64,000 nt of DNA from sequence record NC_101838.1; one strand, written 5' to 3'. Shown here piece by piece: positions 40,072-48,959 of the stretch; positions within the stretch are counted from its first letter, which is position 1; every line of letters begins with the position of its first letter. Below the pieces are notes generated by a model. The model was given only the letters and a program-made list of their open reading frames with translations, searched no databases and was not told where the DNA came from. The translations under genes were made by a program, and so were the position numbers. Origin of the DNA: a phage.

Positions 40072-40262
40072 AAGTAAAGTATCTTGCTGAAGGTATGAAT
40101 AGGTATTTTACCCTTGGGGAAGAATATTGGCCCTTTACAAACAACGGTGATGTCTACGTGAAAGATAATTTCGGCACGCCGTGGTTTCTGCACTCTAATG
40201 GGCTGGGATACTCCATTTACTGCGGTGCAGTGAACAACACAACTCTTGCAGAGTTCGTTTAG
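40068..40262 (+). CDS. small paralog-family protein C
   Basis: Motif YFTLGEEYWPF...VKDNFGTPWFL. Confidence 0.45.
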   Translation: MKVKYLAEGMNRYFTLGEEYWPFTNNGDVYVKDNFGTPWFLHSNGLGYSIYCGAVNNTTLAEFV

Positions 40263-40272
40263 AGGAGGTAGG

Positions 40273-40644
40273 ATGTTAGTAAAAGGTACCCACACAGTCA
40301 AACAACGTATTGAAGTTGAGATTGATGATTGTGAGCTGAAGCATATTTTACGGTCATGCTCCAACGTTTTGCTCCTTAGTATTCTTCAGGAGCGAGCGGA
40401 GAACGAGTTCTTAAATGCATTGGCAGGCCGTCCCGGTGACTTCTGTGTGCGTAAGCGTGGTGACAACAAGTCATGGTTGTGGGAAATCGATGCCGACTGG
40501 GATTACCACAAAAATGAAGGTATAGATGAGCCTATTCGTGAACTGACTGACAAAGAGATTCAGATGTACAATGAAGTTTGTCATTGGGCAACACGCCAAC
40601 AAATTTACCTAGACCCTGTGTGGCTGATTGAAAATAGCCATTGA
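40273..40644 (+). CDS. hypothetical protein (123 aa)
   Basis: ATG 7 nt after GAGGAGG. Confidence 0.5.
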   Translation: MLVKGTHTVKQRIEVEIDDCELKHILRSCSNVLLLSILQERAENEFLNALAGRPGDFCVRKRGDNKSWLWEIDADWDYHKNEGIDEPIRELTDKEIQMYNEVCHWATRQQIYLDPVWLIENSH

Positions 40645-40720
40645 CAAGAAGTAAGATTAGATATAAGATGCTTCGCACAAACAGAGTGTTGATTTTTAAA
40701 TAACTAAGGAGACTGCTAAG

Positions 40721-40975
40721 ATGAAAATTACTTTGAAGTCAGAATGCGTTGCAAATGACCGAGCTTTTAAAGATTGCACAGTCGGTGCAATTTATGAAGC
40801 AGAGTTTTGTGAGAACCCTCTGGTAAAAGCCCTCCTGGAAGAAGGGGCCCCTTTATCACAAGAAGAGATCGATGAGCTGGAAAACTCAGCACAGTGCCTT
40901 ACCTTTAAAGATGATGAAGGAGACTCTGTATGGTGCACTGTTAATGAAGTAGTTTTTGTAAAACCTGAACATTAA
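40721..40975 (+). CDS. small paralog-family protein D
   Basis: AAGGAGA SD; motif DRAFKDCT...DDEGDSVWCT shared with next gene. Confidence 0.5.
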   Translation: MKITLKSECVANDRAFKDCTVGAIYEAEFCENPLVKALLEEGAPLSQEEIDELENSAQCLTFKDDEGDSVWCTVNEVVFVKPEH

Positions 40976-40977
40976 TA

Positions 40978-41006
40978 CTTGACAACAGTGATGGGGCCTA
41001 ATATAA
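40978..41006 (+). promoter_or_regulatory. sigma70 consensus promoter inside the gene array
   Basis: TTGACA - 17 nt - TATAAT directly after the stop of the upstream gene. Confidence 0.5.
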
Positions 41007-41038
41007 TGGCCCTATCAAAACGAAAGGGGACCACAGCA

Positions 41039-41299
41039 ATGACCAAACAATACCAACGAATTAAAGCCAAGGTTAAGCCAGACTATCTGGAGAAAGACTC
41101 TGCTTTTCGGGACTGCACAGCCGACAAAGTTTACACAGGGACTGTCCTGTTGAACGATAAACTTGAAGTAGATGTGCTGGGTAAAGAGGCCGTTATCGAG
41201 GATGACAACGGTGACTGTGTTTTCTGCACCACACGGGAGCTAGAAGTCTTAGAATACTTCGGTGAAATCTTCAACTCTTTAGACGACGAGGAAGCGTGA
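41039..41299 (+). CDS. small paralog-family protein E
   Basis: ATG after AAAGGGGA; motif DSAFRDCT...DDNGDCVFCT. Confidence 0.45.
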   Translation: MTKQYQRIKAKVKPDYLEKDSAFRDCTADKVYTGTVLLNDKLEVDVLGKEAVIEDDNGDCVFCTTRELEVLEYFGEIFNSLDDEEA

Positions 41300-41688
41300 T
41301 GAAAAATATTTGGGATATTGATATCTTTGAAGCCTCTAAGCTTGACGGTGCTGATGGAGTTATTATGGTGTCTGATGGCAAGGCAACACTAACTTCCGGA
41401 GATATCATCTATGCCTTGGACGAGCTGGCGCTTCTGAAATCTACCGGTAACACTTTAGAGGAGCGTCTTCAAGGCTTCGCCTTCAAAGAAGGTACAAATA
41501 CCGCCATGATGTGCACCACACGGACAGTTCAGGTTGGTAACGGTGTCTATATGATCATTGCGGTGTGTTATAAATTCAGCAACGTCAATAAAGATGATGC
41601 TGACGCTGTCAACGATGTGGTTGTTCTCTTCGTAGGTGACGCTATGGCAGACCTGATGAATGCAGGAGAAGCGGCAAATGAAGACTGA
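41296..41688 (+). CDS. hypothetical protein (130 aa)
   Basis: ORF track; ATGA overlap. Confidence 0.5.
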   Translation: MMKNIWDIDIFEASKLDGADGVIMVSDGKATLTSGDIIYALDELALLKSTGNTLEERLQGFAFKEGTNTAMMCTTRTVQVGNGVYMIIAVCYKFSNVNKDDADAVNDVVVLFVGDAMADLMNAGEAANED

Positions 41689-41980
41689 AAACATTACCCC
41701 AGCAGGGTTCTTAAAAGTATACCGTGAACTGCTATATACTACAGAGGACAGTGTTCTAGAGTATCCAGAATATCTTTTGCTGTATAAGTATCTGCAGGAG
41801 GCTGGTGAAAATCTGCCAGTTAGTGCAGAAGGTGGTCCGAACTGGATATACAGCGCATGGAGAAAGGTTGACATTCTCCCAGATCCAGGTAAAGATATGG
41901 TAGTTTGGCAGCTTATCAACAACATTGGGATTCCAATCTTTGATGAAGCTGTTAAAATCTATTTTGAACTTGACGATTAA
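41678..41980 (+). CDS. hypothetical protein (100 aa)
   Basis: ATG after AGGAGAAG within ORF 41660..41980. Confidence 0.45.
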   Translation: MKTENITPAGFLKVYRELLYTTEDSVLEYPEYLLLYKYLQEAGENLPVSAEGGPNWIYSAWRKVDILPDPGKDMVVWQLINNIGIPIFDEAVKIYFELDD

Positions 41981-41997
41981 TATCAGGAGACCTTAAG

Positions 41998-42243
41998 ATG
42001 ACTGAAGTAGTTGCTCGCGCAGGACAGAAAGTACGTTGTGTTGAAGTAGGTTTTGGTGGCAAAGGGTGTCAAAACTTGACTCAAGGTAAGGAATACGCTG
42101 TTATTTCTGGTGGTGGCGACGAAAGTATTGTGTTCGAGGGCCACATCCTGGATGCTGAAAACTTTGAAATCTTTGACGACGATGGGGATCCAATCACCTG
42201 CCTGCTGGACGGGAATTGGGGAACTTTCGAAGTGATTGGCTAA
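41998..42243 (+). CDS. small paralog-family protein F
   Basis: AGGAGAC SD; Gly-rich beta-like motifs similar to A-E. Confidence 0.5.
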   Translation: MTEVVARAGQKVRCVEVGFGGKGCQNLTQGKEYAVISGGGDESIVFEGHILDAENFEIFDDDGDPITCLLDGNWGTFEVIG

Positions 42244-42326
42244 CAAATACCTATTGTAATTTGCAGAAGGGGATGCTAAAATAGTGTCTCCTTCTATGTT
42301 GTTCAAATAAAATCGGAGATTCCATA

Positions 42327-42692
42327 ATGGAACAAATGAACGATCAAGCGTCGGTTGCGATGAACGAGCAAGAACAACCTCAAGAATTTTTCTTAGGGTT
42401 AAGTAAAGATCAAGTGTCTCTTCTACTAGTGCTTTCTTCTTTCATGGGAAGACTTCAGGAGCTCACACAACAACCAGAGGCTGAACAATTATTTCAAGCT
42501 CTGCGTGAAGAAGAAAAATATCGTCGTTTGGACTATGCCTTAGGTTGGGTAGCTCAACAACGAGATATGCTGATGGCCCTCTCTGGGACCACAAGTTTTG
42601 CAATGGGGCTGTTGGCTCAAGTTCAGGACAAATTAATTCAAGCAGGGTTTGCACACACGGCAAACACTAACGAAGAACAAGGAGACAAATAA
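42327..42692 (+). CDS. hypothetical protein (121 aa)
   Basis: ORF track. Confidence 0.5.
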   Translation: MEQMNDQASVAMNEQEQPQEFFLGLSKDQVSLLLVLSSFMGRLQELTQQPEAEQLFQALREEEKYRRLDYALGWVAQQRDMLMALSGTTSFAMGLLAQVQDKLIQAGFAHTANTNEEQGDK

Positions 42693-43918
42693 TGAGCGTT
42701 ATTCAACAATTCGCTAACCCGATGAATCCGCGTGAAACTGTTTTACTGGCTCACGGCATGATTAAACGTGTCAGCATCAAGCCTATCAAAGGTGCTGATC
42801 CTACAACAGGTATTAAAACCACTGTGTGGCAAGGTAAGAAAATTGAATCCAGCCACACCATCTCTTTACTGATTTCTGAACTGGATTCCTCTGATAACCT
42901 GCTTCAAGGTGGTGAAGAAGTTTGGATCAGCATGGGTGATAAGCTGCTTAAACCTGGTCATCAAGACTCTGTCTCTGTTAAAATTGATGACAAGTGGGAA
43001 ACCGTAACGCCGGGATGGATCGTAAATATCCCTTTGAAGGCAAACGAGCATAACGGTAAGACCTATTACAAAGGCTCACTGGCTAAGATGGTCAAGCTGG
43101 GTGCAGGAGAGGCTCCAGCAGCGACTCAGCAGCAAAAACAGCAACAAGGTGCACAATCACAAGGCCAGAAGCAGAAACCTCAGCAGAATGCCAATCAGGA
43201 CGTTTTACGCATCTATGGCGATGTGACTCAGATTGTTGGCAACGTGGTTACTGTTAATGACCACAAGATTGGCGAAGGTGCTATGGTTGTAACTGATGAG
43301 CAGCTTAAAGACCTGGTGGTAGGTGGTCGTGTTGCAGCCATTGTTGACAAAGACACCGGAAACATTATCAGTGGTTTCAAAGCCTATCCCCCTAAGGCAG
43401 AGAACGGCACTCAAGGCTCCGGTGGCAAGCGTAAATCCTCTTACGACCCTATCGGTGTGGAAACGGGGCATAGCATCAATGCGTTGCAGATCATCCTGGA
43501 TCGCGGGTTTAAGGTAGACGACCCACTGGGCGTGGCTAAAACACTGCACGTAGTCACCATTGAGCTTAAGAAAGAGTATGCTCAAGCCACCAACCGAACT
43601 GAAGATGAAGTAGGTGCCAGTGTCGGTAATGCGGTGTTGAACGCTTGTCGCCGTATTGACAAGAAAACGAAAGTTGATGATTTTGCAGCGGCAATTACTG
43701 CAGAAGCAAAAGATGTCTTGACTAATCTGGCTGAACCGTTGTACGATTGGATCAAGAACGGTGCTGGGTCAACTGACTATCAAGAACCCCAGGCTGCCAA
43801 ACAGGAAGCAGCTCCACAGCAAAACACTGTAGACGCTCCTCCTGTAAATGATGAGGAAGATGACCCAATGGATCAGAATCCAGCACAGTACACCTTTGAT
43901 GATGACATCCCTTTTTAA
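42692..43918 (+). CDS. single-stranded DNA-binding protein-like, with SSB-type acidic C-terminal tip
   Basis: C-terminus ...YTFDDDIPF matches the bacterial SSB tail DDDIPF; Gln/Pro-rich linker precedes it. Confidence 0.55.
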   Translation: MSVIQQFANPMNPRETVLLAHGMIKRVSIKPIKGADPTTGIKTTVWQGKKIESSHTISLLISELDSSDNLLQGGEEVWISMGDKLLKPGHQDSVSVKIDDKWETVTPGWIVNIPLKANEHNGKTYYKGSLAKMVKLGAGEAPAATQQQKQQQGAQSQGQKQKPQQNANQDVLRIYGDVTQIVGNVVTVNDHKIGEGAMVVTDEQLKDLVVGGRVAAIVDKDTGNIISGFKAYPPKAENGTQGSGGKRKSSYDPIGVETGHSINALQIILDRGFKVDDPLGVAKTLHVVTIELKKEYAQATNRTEDEVGASVGNAVLNACRRIDKKTKVDDFAAAITAEAKDVLTNLAEPLYDWIKNGAGSTDYQEPQAAKQEAAPQQNTVDAPPVNDEEDDPMDQNPAQYTFDDDIPF

Positions 43919-43933
43919 CATCTAGTTAACATA

Positions 43934-43961
43934 GCCCTGCCCGAAAGGGTGGGGCATTTTT
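43934..43961 (+). terminator. intrinsic terminator (copy 2 of repeated hairpin)
   Basis: GCCCTGCCC-GAAA-GGGTGGGGC followed by ATTTTTG; same hairpin as 33799. Confidence 0.55.
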
Positions 43962-43980
43962 GTATAAGGAGATCTGAAAA

Positions 43981-44397
43981 ATGACATTAGAAGATATCAT
44001 TGTTAAGCCTGAGAACTATGACCAATACAACCTGTCAACTCAATCTGTAGACCTTGGATGCGCCACGGTCAGTGCGTGGCTGGTTAACGGAAAAGAGCTG
44101 GATAAATGCTTAGAAGCTCACATGTCTATTAACAAGTTTCTGGATGAAAATACTCACTGGCTTGAGGGTGCAGGCGTATATGCTTCATGGTTGGATAGTA
44201 TGGGATTCGACTACCAATCTGAAGAGGGGTGGTGGAGCTATTTAGCTATCTGTCCAGAGACGCTACAATGCTTCATGAAATATTCTGAAGATTTGGAGTA
44301 CCGGGCGGTGGTTGATAGTGCTATTGCCCGTTATAGCCGTAAACCTTTTTCCCACGACATTAAAACTGTGGAAGAATTTGTTGAAGTTTTCTGTTGA
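43981..44397 (+). CDS. hypothetical protein (138 aa)
   Basis: AAGGAGA SD. Confidence 0.5.
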   Translation: MTLEDIIVKPENYDQYNLSTQSVDLGCATVSAWLVNGKELDKCLEAHMSINKFLDENTHWLEGAGVYASWLDSMGFDYQSEEGWWSYLAICPETLQCFMKYSEDLEYRAVVDSAIARYSRKPFSHDIKTVEEFVEVFC

Positions 44398-44493
44398 CAC
44401 AGATTGAAAGGTGTGCAATTATAACTTCATAGAACGGGAGGACGTGATGAACGAAGAAAACTGGGATGTATAACTAACAGGAGGCCACTGCCC

Positions 44494-44691
44494 ATGATTT
44501 ATCGAATCCGTGTAAGAGAAGATGCACCAGGCTGTTACTTTGACTGGCGTGGGTGGTGGTTTATCCACCCAATGGATGGACTCACAGATAGAATGCTGGA
44601 TGCTGCCCTTTACACAGATACCGACATAGAATATAATCTCTATCTGAAGGACGGTATAGATAACGGCCTGTTTGAAGCAATTCCTGTGTAA
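44494..44691 (+). CDS. hypothetical protein (65 aa)
   Basis: AGGAGG SD. Confidence 0.4.
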   Translation: MIYRIRVREDAPGCYFDWRGWWFIHPMDGLTDRMLDAALYTDTDIEYNLYLKDGIDNGLFEAIPV

Positions 44692-44759
44692 GAGACTGTG
44701 ATAGCTATGTTTTATGATCTTCCTGTAGCGCCACCACCTGTTGAACCAGGAGAACTAAG

Positions 44760-45185
44760 ATGATCTATGAAATGCCAAAACTGATTCGTGACGATGCCCA
44801 AAACGCTCACACCATTATTATGGGCAAACGCATGGATATTATTTGTCATAAAGATTTCTGGGAAGGAAGTTACTTCACAGAGTATTTTGGTAAACTGGAC
44901 AATGGTCTGCTGATCCAGTTCTACACCGATGCGGAAAACAACATTCCCTGGGAGTTCGAAACTGAAGATGTCCATAAACTTTTCACCTTCCTCGGTATTA
45001 AGGTTAAGGCCAAGTTTGAAGAAGGTGAGTGCGACGATTGTGGATTTTATGAGGTAACAGATTTCTACCTTCCTAGCGGTAAGAACCTTTACTATGAAAG
45101 CCACTTCGGTAACTCCAATATGCCACAGTGCTGGACTGAGTTTTTTGAAATTGCGGAAGAGGAGCTGGCTTACCGTGATTATTGA
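44760..45185 (+). CDS. hypothetical protein (141 aa)
   Basis: ORF track. Confidence 0.5.
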   Translation: MIYEMPKLIRDDAQNAHTIIMGKRMDIICHKDFWEGSYFTEYFGKLDNGLLIQFYTDAENNIPWEFETEDVHKLFTFLGIKVKAKFEEGECDDCGFYEVTDFYLPSGKNLYYESHFGNSNMPQCWTEFFEIAEEELAYRDY

Positions 45186-45633
45186 TACTGTAGAGGGAGA
45201 TTTAATCTCCCTTTTTAAGAGCGGTGCTGGTCACCTGATCCACGGTTGTAACTGCTTCCACACAATGGGCAAGGGTATAGCAAAACAGATTGCCCGTGAG
45301 TTTCCTCAAGCACTGTCAGCCGACAAAGAGACTAGATACGGTTGCCTAAGTAAACTGGGTGCGTTCTCCCGATGGGAGCACTTATCTCCGGTAGGTATTG
45401 TCTACGGAATCAATCTATATACCCAGTTCTACCCAGGACCTAATGCTGAGTATTTCTCAATCCTGAAAGGCTTTGAGCTAGTCAATGAAGTATTCAGCGG
45501 ATCGACTTTACCATTCTACATCCCTAAGATCGGGTGCGGCATAGGCGGTTTGAAGTGGGAACACGTAGAGGACGTTATTAACCTTGCCACTTTCGACATA
45601 GATATTGTCGTGGTGGAGTACAAAAAGTGTTGA
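45175..45633 (+). CDS. macro-domain protein (ADP-ribose binding/processing)
   Basis: Motifs GDLIS...HLIHGCNC...MGKGIA and IGCGIGGL typical of macro domains; GTG start 10 nt after GGAAGAGGAG, overlapping upstream stop. Confidence 0.6.
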   Translation: MIIDTVEGDLISLFKSGAGHLIHGCNCFHTMGKGIAKQIAREFPQALSADKETRYGCLSKLGAFSRWEHLSPVGIVYGINLYTQFYPGPNAEYFSILKGFELVNEVFSGSTLPFYIPKIGCGIGGLKWEHVEDVINLATFDIDIVVVEYKKC

Positions 45634-45884
45634 CGACCATCTTCTGAGGTGATATAGTTTCCACGACAACTAAGAGAGGAGAGCACTGTGGAGACTAAAA
45701 TCTTAATTCTTGCTGTGGTAGATACAACCGAAGGAGCTATATTCGAATCTGCAGGAGGGTATTTCTACCTACCATACGGAAAAAGAACTTCCGAGCCAGG
45801 TAAAGATTCAATCCTCAAAGTGTTCCCGTGTGCTTTCTGGCTGGAGATTTTGGTATAAGATTGCAGAGGATTTGGGAGAGAATT

Positions 45885-46079
45885 ATGAGAAACAAGAAAG
45901 AACTTTACTCCGGTGAGTGGATCAACGATCAACAGGTGGGAGAGGTAACCTGCTTCCGATGTTTTACCAGGTACAATCTTAAAACTGCACCAAAAAGTGT
46001 TCCAAAGACTGACGGTTACTACATAAAAGAACCTCATTGCCCAAAATGTAAATGCCGATTGTACTGGAGCAATCTGTAA
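45885..46079 (+). CDS. small zinc-ribbon-like protein (64 aa)
   Basis: ATG after GGGAGAG; CxxC ... CxxC pairs. Confidence 0.4.
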   Translation: MRNKKELYSGEWINDQQVGEVTCFRCFTRYNLKTAPKSVPKTDGYYIKEPHCPKCKCRLYWSNL

Positions 46080-46142
46080 GAGGTTGACATCTGAAAACTG
46101 CAGTGTATAATATACGCATAAACTAACAGAGGGTGATGTATT

Positions 46143-46334
46143 ATGGTAATTTTTAACCGGGATGGTATCATAGTTAGACAGCACCCGTTCCTTGAATACT
46201 ATCAAATTGAGCAATGGTGCTACGGGGATTGCAGTCACTCCTATGGGCAAAGTTGGGGATATCGTACAGTTTTTGAATCCACAGACCTTGACAAAGTAAA
46301 ACAGAAAGTTTTAGAACTTCTTAACAACAAGTGA
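46143..46334 (+). CDS. hypothetical protein (63 aa)
   Basis: ORF track. Confidence 0.4.
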   Translation: MVIFNRDGIIVRQHPFLEYYQIEQWCYGDCSHSYGQSWGYRTVFESTDLDKVKQKVLELLNNK

Positions 46335-46344
46335 GTATCGTGCC

Positions 46345-46677
46345 ATGGTAACATTGGAAAGACGTAAAGCTATTGCCGCCACACTGGCAGACATCTTTTG
46401 GGATTGTAATTTAAAATCTACCCGAAATTGTGGTGCATCTGTAGATGTATTATTCCCACGGCCTACTATTGTTGCAATGGGCAACCTGCTCGATGTGGTA
46501 TATGGAGCATGGGACAAGGAAGGTGGATTCTATATCTGGCAACCTGACTACGGGACTTGGAAAGAGGTTAGTGGTTCTTCGGACTTCACTCCTGCAGTGG
46601 CTAAAATGGATGGCTGGAAAATCTATGTCGGTAACGACATGGAACTGAAAGGCGAAATTGTTTACTGGTTACCTTAA
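46345..46677 (+). CDS. hypothetical protein (110 aa)
   Basis: ORF track. Confidence 0.45.
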   Translation: MVTLERRKAIAATLADIFWDCNLKSTRNCGASVDVLFPRPTIVAMGNLLDVVYGAWDKEGGFYIWQPDYGTWKEVSGSSDFTPAVAKMDGWKIYVGNDMELKGEIVYWLP

Positions 46678-46698
46678 GAAAGTCCAGGAGATAAAGTT

Positions 46699-46944
46699 AT
46701 GAACAAAGGGTGGACATTTGTAGACGGCGTTAAAAACATGCCTCTAGGAAAGTATATTGTAGCCATGGCAGATGAGAATGGCAAGGTTGATTTCGGAGTT
46801 TGCGAGGTTGTTCTTGCAGGATCTGGTGACTATGCTCACAAAACTGGGATAATTAACGGTCATTTCTACTTTGATTACAACCCTGTTGTGGCGTATATGG
46901 CTATGCCAGAGTTCGAGCTCCCAAAGGAAGGTGCAGATGTTTAA
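46699..46944 (+). CDS. small paralog-family protein G
   Basis: CAGGAGA SD; Gly-rich motif similar to 39.5-42.3 kb family. Confidence 0.45.
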   Translation: MNKGWTFVDGVKNMPLGKYIVAMADENGKVDFGVCEVVLAGSGDYAHKTGIINGHFYFDYNPVVAYMAMPEFELPKEGADV

Positions 46945-47134
46945 GCTTAAATCTGCATGGAACATCGCTGTGGGGGACGAGATCCGTATCCCAGGTGGAA
47001 AGACCATTATGAAAATATCTCGTATCGAGTACGAAGGTGATCGTGTATTTCATATCTTTGCAGAAGATGGTCGAGAAATTTATATACAGGCAGGCTCTCA
47101 CATCTATATTCGTAAGAAAGGGGAGGACAAATGA
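46937..47134 (+). CDS. hypothetical protein (65 aa)
   Basis: ATG after AAGGAAGG, overlapping upstream stop. Confidence 0.4.
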   Translation: MFKLKSAWNIAVGDEIRIPGGKTIMKISRIEYEGDRVFHIFAEDGREIYIQAGSHIYIRKKGEDK

Positions 47135-47460
47135 CAGAGATCATCATTTCAACTGCAGGGTATGTATTCCTGACAATCATTGCGCTGGCTATTCTGGTGG
47201 CGGTGTATGGATTTGTTATCCTTCCTATCCTTGAGACATTTAGTTTGTGTCGGTGTTGGAGAAAAGCTTACGGTCCACAACCATGGAAGGACTGGCCCCA
47301 CCTGGTGCGCTTAGCGTTCTCTTATGCTTACGATCACTCCAGTAGTGCATGCATAACCGGATACCACGCCCACAACTGGAGCTGGGAAGGGTTGAGGAAA
47401 TGGAATGTTACAAAGACCATACCTCTGCGCATGTACAAACCTAAAAACAAAGACAACTGA
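47131..47460 (+). CDS. small membrane protein (109 aa)
   Basis: ATGA overlap; N-terminal transmembrane segment. Confidence 0.45.
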   Translation: MTEIIISTAGYVFLTIIALAILVAVYGFVILPILETFSLCRCWRKAYGPQPWKDWPHLVRLAFSYAYDHSSSACITGYHAHNWSWEGLRKWNVTKTIPLRMYKPKNKDN

Positions 47461-47499
47461 TACTTGAAAATTCCTGGCATATCAAGTATAAGGGGGATT

Positions 47500-47960
47500 T
47501 CTAAAATGGATTTCCTCCTTTTGATATTTCACCGGGCTGGATATTTTAAAATTCTTAGAAAATCAGAAAATGGATCGAAAACTAAAATGGATTTTTCAGA
47601 GTAGGCGCGACAAGCTGAATAACTCATCCTATCGTTTGCACCATATTCCAGGCCACCATTATAGATTTCCCACACATGCTAACCTCCCTCTACTAGAACT
47701 TCCTCCACTTACCCTTGACCTTCTATGGTAACAATCTAACCGCTATCTTGAAGTTGCGGTGCAGCTTTCCAGGTACTCGATCTACTTTTCATTTCAGGGC
47801 TTGGATTTTCTGAAAATTTTTCTCGATAAATTTCTCAGTACTCGATCTGTTTTTCGTTTTCTGAATCGGATTTTCTGGAAATCGTTCCGGCTCTCAACCT
47901 GAAATTTTTGGGGACGAAATCGATTTTTCGTTTTCAGAAATGGATTTTTAAAATTTCTAT
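47500..47960. repeat. non-coding iteron-like region: at least 5 copies of TGGATTTT(T)C plus a 30-bp direct repeat
   Basis: AAATGGATTT(T)C-type motifs at about 47505, 47570, 47585, 47795, 47870, 47940; CAGGTACTCGATCT...TTTC repeated at 47770 and 47836; no ORF. Confidence 0.5.
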
Positions 47961-48063
47961 ATGGGAATATTTTAGTGGATACTATTTTATAGTAAATTGT
48001 TACGGAGGGTAATTAGCGTGCTAATTAAATTTATTAAATGCGAGGAGTTCTCATTTAGAATCT

Positions 48064-48290
48064 TGAATGATAATCATTCTCGTTTGCAGAATAACGGGCA
48101 GGCCCGGTGATTGTCTCCCGGCCCCTGTTGCCCCGGCTTGTTATTATAGTATCACACAGGACAAAGAAAGCAAGGATTTTTTGCATAAATTTTTAAATGA
48201 TAATGATAACCGTTCTCATTTTATGCAGCGCTCATCCCTGGTGGTTGTCTCCCCCGTCACCGGTGCCTGCCGTCCTTTCGATAGGTATAT
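48064..48290 (+). repeat. two tandem degenerate units, each ending in a GC-rich element containing TTGTCTCCC
   Basis: AATGATAAT...GCAG then CCCGGTGATTGTCTCCC (48103-48119) and GGTGGTTGTCTCCCCCGTCACCGGTGCCTGC (48241-48270). Confidence 0.45.
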
Positions 48291-48473
48291 TGTGCCACCT
48301 GTCGGGGCCGCTGTCAACACTTTTCAAAAAATTTTTCTAACCTGATGCGCTAACCGCTGCAACCTGGCGGGGCCAGCCTGGCAGGACCTAACTGACCAGG
48401 TGGGAGAGGGTGAAATCTTGCAAACCTGGTAGGCCCATGCTGTAGGGTAAACAATTGAAGAGGAGGTACAAAA

Positions 48474-48611
48474 ATGAAAGGTAATGCTACTCACCTGGGA
48501 AATGTAGTGATTAATGATACAGAAGCGCGGGAACATAAAGAAGAGTACGAAAAAATGGTGGTTAACCTGGCGGGGGGGCGGCAGGTGGATTCTATCATAA
48601 AAATAATTTAA
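48474..48611 (+). CDS. small hypothetical protein (45 aa), not in ORF track
   Basis: ATG 7 nt after GAGGAGG; open for 45 codons. Confidence 0.4.
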   Translation: MKGNATHLGNVVINDTEAREHKEEYEKMVVNLAGGRQVDSIIKII

Positions 48612-48619
48612 AATAATCG

Positions 48620-48647
48620 TTGACAACAAGGTTAATCATGGTATTAT
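48620..48647 (+). promoter_or_regulatory. sigma70-like promoter
   Basis: TTGACA - 16 nt - TATTAT. Confidence 0.4.
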
Positions 48648-48697
48648 TACCCTACAAGGTGAACAACACCGCACTAACCAGTAAAGAGGATAAATTT

Positions 48698-48895
48698 ATG
48701 AACGCATACGGGATCAAAGTACGTCGCAACACTCGCCAGGTGGTCACCGATCAAATGGTTTGCCAGGTGGACGTAACCATCAACAACGGGCAAGGCCTTT
48801 ATAAATTCCGTCGCGGTCAGAGCTATACCCGGCAACAGCTTAATCGTTGCGCCCTGACAAAAGGACAGATCAACCACTGGTTTAATAAAAAATAA
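48698..48895 (+). CDS. hypothetical basic protein (65 aa)
   Basis: ATG after AAAGAGGA; within ORF 48620..48895. Confidence 0.5.
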   Translation: MNAYGIKVRRNTRQVVTDQMVCQVDVTINNGQGLYKFRRGQSYTRQQLNRCALTKGQINHWFNKK

Positions 48896-48898
48896 GTA

Positions 48899-48927
48899 TT
48901 GACATATAGTCCGACACCAAATACACT
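48899..48927 (+). promoter_or_regulatory. sigma70-like promoter
   Basis: TTGACA - 17 nt - TACACT. Confidence 0.45.
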
Positions 48928-48959
48928 AAAAGCACAAAAGACACTAAGAGGATAAAATC

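Noticed and set aside
47500-47960. CRISPR array
   Set aside because: Repeats are short (9-30 bp), degenerate and irregularly spaced with no unique spacers of constant length, and no cas genes are present.
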